A stretch of 62,290 nt of DNA, counting the filler. It is 14 parts of 14 records of this genome, joined end to end, with 100 filler letters (N's around TTAATTAATTAA, not from the genome) between each part and the next. Parts side by side here need not be neighbours in the genome. Positions count along the whole stretch, not along the records: positions 57,407 to 62,290 come from SRR15195285_10827; 13 more parts are not named here. One strand, written 5' to 3'. The notes beneath the pieces were generated by a model, which was not told the origin of the DNA, made no database searches, and saw only the letters and a program-made list of their open reading frames with translations. The position numbers and the translations under genes are program-made. Shown one piece after another: positions 58,187-62,290 of this stretch. Numbering within the stretch: the stretch's first letter is position 1; each line of letters begins with the position of its first letter.

Positions 58187-61100
58187 ATGGAGATCACACG
58201 GAAGTTCATCGGGCAGGAGTCGTTCACTGGCTGCGTTGACGTGGCGGAGGTCGCACTGGCGGAGGGAGCGGCGTATGGTGGGGAGGAAGGACTGTACGCT
58301 GGATTGCACTCGTCTGTGTCTGTGTGTCTGCCTGTCTGTGCGTCTGCCTGTCTGACTGTCGGTATCTGCCTGGCTGCCTGCCTGCCTGCGTCGTCGGAGC
58401 AGGTACGTTGGCTGCCAGGTCCAGGTGCGCCCAAGCGCGGCGGAGGTGCCGGAGGCGGTTCCGGGGGCCGATTTGCAAGGCGGCATATGCACGCGCATCT
58501 GTCGTAACAGCGAGACGTGCACCGTCCAGTTCGCTGATGGCTCGTCCGCTGAGATCCGCCGCGATCTGGTGGCTGCGGTGCCATACTCGCCGTACTTCGC
58601 TGCCGAGCTACCGCGTAAGTGGCGCGCTGTCTTCCAGAAAATGCAGTTTGGCCGGGCGATGTACTTTCTGAGCGGTGTCGAGGAAGATGAGACAGTCGAC
58701 CCACTGCCCGTGGATGTGCGGGAGATTGTATGTCCAGCGAGTGGTATACGCTACTTCAAGAATGCGCAGACAGACGAGCGCATGTGGCAGGATCCGCGCC
58801 CACGCCACCGTCGGCCGCTTTACCTCCCTGATCCGCGCCCACTGTTTCAGCCGGAGGCGGGCTTACCAAACTCCGCGCCGCAAGAGCAATCGCATGGTAT
58901 TGACGATGATGAGCGTTCGAGCGGGTGCTTTGCAGTGGCCGGACCAATCCATCGCCGTGAACAGTACCCCGCCGACACCCCCGGGACGGTTCCAGATCCC
59001 CAAACAAGTCCTCTTGCACGCCTTCCAGTCGAGATATTTGAAGCGGTCCTAGGCATGCTTGACCCAAAGGCGTTGTCCCGTGCAAGTTGCGTCTGCCATC
59101 ATTGGTTCAAAACCATTTCGCACGCGGATAGCAGACTATGGAAGCAGCAATGGCAAGCAAATGGGTGGAATTTGGCATGCGGGGTATGGGATAGACCGGG
59201 CGCGAGCCTTGGCGAGGGTACTACGCGCGGGGCTGCTGCTGCTGCTTTTGCTACCGCTGAGCGCGAAACAAGAGTTCCAGAATCTACAGCAGTGGGGAGT
59301 ACGTGGAGGCTGAAGTTCAGCAAGCGAATGTCCCTGTTGTTGCCTGCCGAAAGCTTATTCCCGCCCGGGCACCACGTTCGTCTTCGCCAGGTGCTGGGTA
59401 CATCGACTGTCGCACACGCAATTCGACTTGCCGGCGCCAGCCACAGCATTTGTATGCGCAGCGGTATGCGCGTACTAGTACTTTCGCCGAACAACGTCGC
59501 AGCAAAACAGCTCGAGAGCCTTCGTGGCCATGGCCCAAACCCATGGTCACGATATGATATCATTGCGTTCGAACCTGGCACTTACAACACCGAGGACATG
59601 CTGCTTCAAGATGGTGCCACACTACGATTTGACCGGCCGGTCAGCATTGTGGGCCTAGGAAGCTGCCCAACAGATGTATGCCTCCACTTTCCTGTGTCTC
59701 TGCAGGCAGAAAGCGGCACACGACTCACAGATGGTCAGGAGCCTCTTGTGCAGCCGTCATGGGTAGTGAACTGCCTGATTGATGTGCGCCGGAGCGAGGC
59801 AGGGGGCAACGGCACAAGGCCGTCCGCGTGGGCGGTCAGGGTGGGAGGTGCTGGTGTTCAGACACGTGCTGTCATTGAAGATTGCATCGTGTGTGGTGGT
59901 CTCGCGCAGGCGATTGTCGTTCGTTCCTCTTGGTGCGCTGTTCGTTTCACACAGATGTGCTGGAGTGTGGGTGAAGGCCTGTCTATACAAAACATGTCGC
60001 ACTGTGCCGTAATCGAGAGCTTCGTTCACTCTAACGGCCGCGATGGTGTGTCTTGCACCGGTTCGTCGGCTGCAAAGCTGGTCAGCAGCGTGATAGCCGA
60101 TAACCTTGGCAGCGGCTTCCATGCTGCAAACATGGCATCGACTGACATCAGCAAAGGATGCAAATTTGCAAGCAACGCTCTGTATGGCTTAAGGTTGACA
60201 GGCTCTTCGAGCACCGCCATCGTTGGCGGAGAGATTGGACCAGGGAATGCCAATGGGGTGCTCGTTTCGAATCGGGCACACTCACTACTTCGCCGAGTTT
60301 CCGTCTGTGAAAATGTTGGGCACGGGGTGCAGCTCACCTCATGGGCATGCGTCACTCTGGAAGGGGGGAATTACGCTCGTAACGGAGAAAAGTCGGTTAA
60401 GCTGTCTAGCTTTGCTCGGAACAAGCAGGGCTATCTCACAATCATAGGCAGAGACCCACCAACCCTGATCTCCCAAGCTACGTGTCGGAGTAGCTTCGGG
60501 TGCAGGACCAGGTTCGAGGTTGGACTTGCGACGACGCTCGGGATCCTTTATTTTGTGCTGGCACCCATGGTGCTTCTTTTGTGCCTCCTCGCGCGTGGCG
60601 AGATGGATACACTATTTCGGGATCCCGTTGCAAGTACTGCAGTTGCGCTGCATATGGGTAGCGGTCTGGTGTGGCTCGTGTTGCTTCCTATCGTTTCAAT
60701 GTGTGGGATCGAGCTCGAAGTCAACAGTCCACGATGGATTCGTTGCATCGAGACTGTAGCAGGCTTCGCGCAGGTCAATGGCTTAGCGCTATTCTTCGTT
60801 CGGTTTCCGCTCTTCTGGAAACTGGAGCCACGCTTTGCCGCGAAAGGTTTCTGTCTCGTCACAGGCGCTCCTGTTGCGGTCGTGTTGTTCTTCTGTCTTG
60901 GTTTCCTTGCCGTCTTTTTGTGTTCACCTTTGATCAATTGGGTGGCAGCACGACGACATTCCTGTTGCAGTGTTGCCGTTGAAGATGGTCAACAGGCGAT
61001 CAACACTAAAACATGCTGGGAGGACCTTCGGATGACAGCTCTGTCTTTACTGTTGTATCTATGGGTCGTCGGCCCGCTGGCTTTTTTCATGAGTCACTTT

Positions 61101-61742
61101 GCAGCACACAATGAGCAAGACCCTGACTCGGAAGAAATAGCTTCGTCTACCATGATGCGGCTGTGGAACGAGTACCCAGTCTTTGCTTTGGGTCTGCTGC
61201 TGCTCTTCTTCTGCCACGGCACTCAGGCGTTGATATCAATGTTGGATCCTCGCTGGAGCTTGTTCTGGGGCTTTACGCCAGAGGCATCGTGGCGAGGTCG
61301 CTCACCACCACCGGATCTCCTCCTCCTCACAAGAAGCTATACCGGTAGCCGTCCCATTGGTACAAGCGGGGCGTTTCGTATCAGTCCGAACGCTAGAATC
61401 TCCCATGGATGGCTATGCTGTCGGCACACGCAAACAAAAATGACATGGTTTGAAATCTCGAGCTCTGCTATCGTCTGGACGCTTTTCGGCGAAACTGTCG
61501 GCTATGCCACAGTCATCGCGAGTGGTTTCGACAACGGTCTGCTCTGGGGAAGCGTTGAGACGGTTGGTCGAGGCACGACGTGTATGTTTTTGCTGAGTAG
61601 CATTTTCCCGCTCCTGTTGACAGTGCTTTCGGCATGGGATGCTGCCGCAGCCGTTTGGCGTCACACTTCGGAAGGTGTGGAAACTGAGACTGCTGCAGCG
61701 CAGGAGGACGACACGGAGCGCGAGGGCATTGCGCAACCTTAA
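58187..61742 (+). CDS. WW + F-box + right-handed beta-helix (PbH1) protein with a C-terminal multi-pass TM region (intron 58273-58402)
   Basis: WW LPVDVREIVCPASGIRYFKNAQTDERMWQDP; F-box LARLPVEIFEAVLGMLDPKALSRASCVCHHW; repeats such as HSNGRDGV, DNLGSGF, SNALYGL; about 8 TM helices. Confidence 0.85.
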
Positions 61743-61956
61743 TCGAGGGCAGCAGGAATCTAGTGGCACTACGCCAGGCAATTGTATCAGATAATCAAGG
61801 CGTGTGCTCTTCTAAATAGCTCAATGCAATCAATACGCCATCTTCGTCCTTGCTCCTCTTGAAAACGTTTCTGAGACCGATCTCATTCATTCTTATCAGC
61901 TGCGACCCGGTACTTCCTCGATCGCCTAAGCACTGGGGCTGACGACGATTGTTCTG

Positions 61957-62290
61957 TCATGCCATAGACTCGCTTGCAGCCATGATTTCTGCTAGGCCCC
62001 GTGCATGCGCGATATCCCACGGATCATTTGTGCCTGCACCCCATTGCATATACCGTTCAGCGGCTCTCTCAATTTGTTGAGCTACTAGCGAAACGATGCG
62101 CACATAGTAATGTTGCCCCCCGGAGTTGCTTGCAGACCCAACGCATGAATGCAGGTTGCGCGCATAGCCATGTTCGGTATCGAGCTGCGGCGACTTCTGG
62201 GCTATCATCAATGAATGGCGACTCAAAGGGATGGAACATCGTATCCTGCCCGTTTCCGACTTGTATCATCAGGGCAATCTCAAATGCGGC
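61957..62290 (-). CDS. DUF4326-like protein C-terminus (intron 62103-62034; 5' end beyond the window)
   Basis: Spliced product HPFESPF..AAARYRTWL..QLRGATLL|CTNDPWDIAHARGLAEI resembles the DUF4326 pattern NPF..YR.WL..L.GK.L.C..H..L. Confidence 0.55.

Overview
This is eukaryotic DNA, not prokaryotic. It is 14 contigs or contig parts of about 3-10 kb, joined by 13 identical artificial 100-nt spacers (N44-TTAATTAATTAA-N44), so adjacency only means something within a contig. The genes are compact and GC-rich, with short GT-AG introns (donors mostly GTGCG, GTACG, GTRAG). They fit a flagellated, probably heterotrophic protist MAG/SAG; the lineage cannot be fixed from this window. Recognisable genes: vasohibin, EFHB/CFAP21, a secreted 4xPA14 protein, DNA ligase IV, two sialate O-acetylesterase-family enzymes, a GH31 glycosidase, a HIG1/RCF1 protein, ALG13, an RBR E3 ligase, RPL23 (with a candidate intronic C/D snoRNA), an SLC1/DAACS transporter, an Asp/Glu racemase-family protein, an F-box/beta-helix membrane protein, a GPCR fusion and a DUF4326-like gene. 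The most striking signal is an RRM-like domain inserted in the catalytic adenylation domain of DNA ligase IV. Next are a bacterial-type racemase lacking both canonical cysteines, with a mitochondrial-like presequence, on the same contig as an acidic-amino-acid-type transporter; several unusual domain fusions; and a shared palindrome at two sequence ends. All calls come from reading motifs by eye; no database searches were run.
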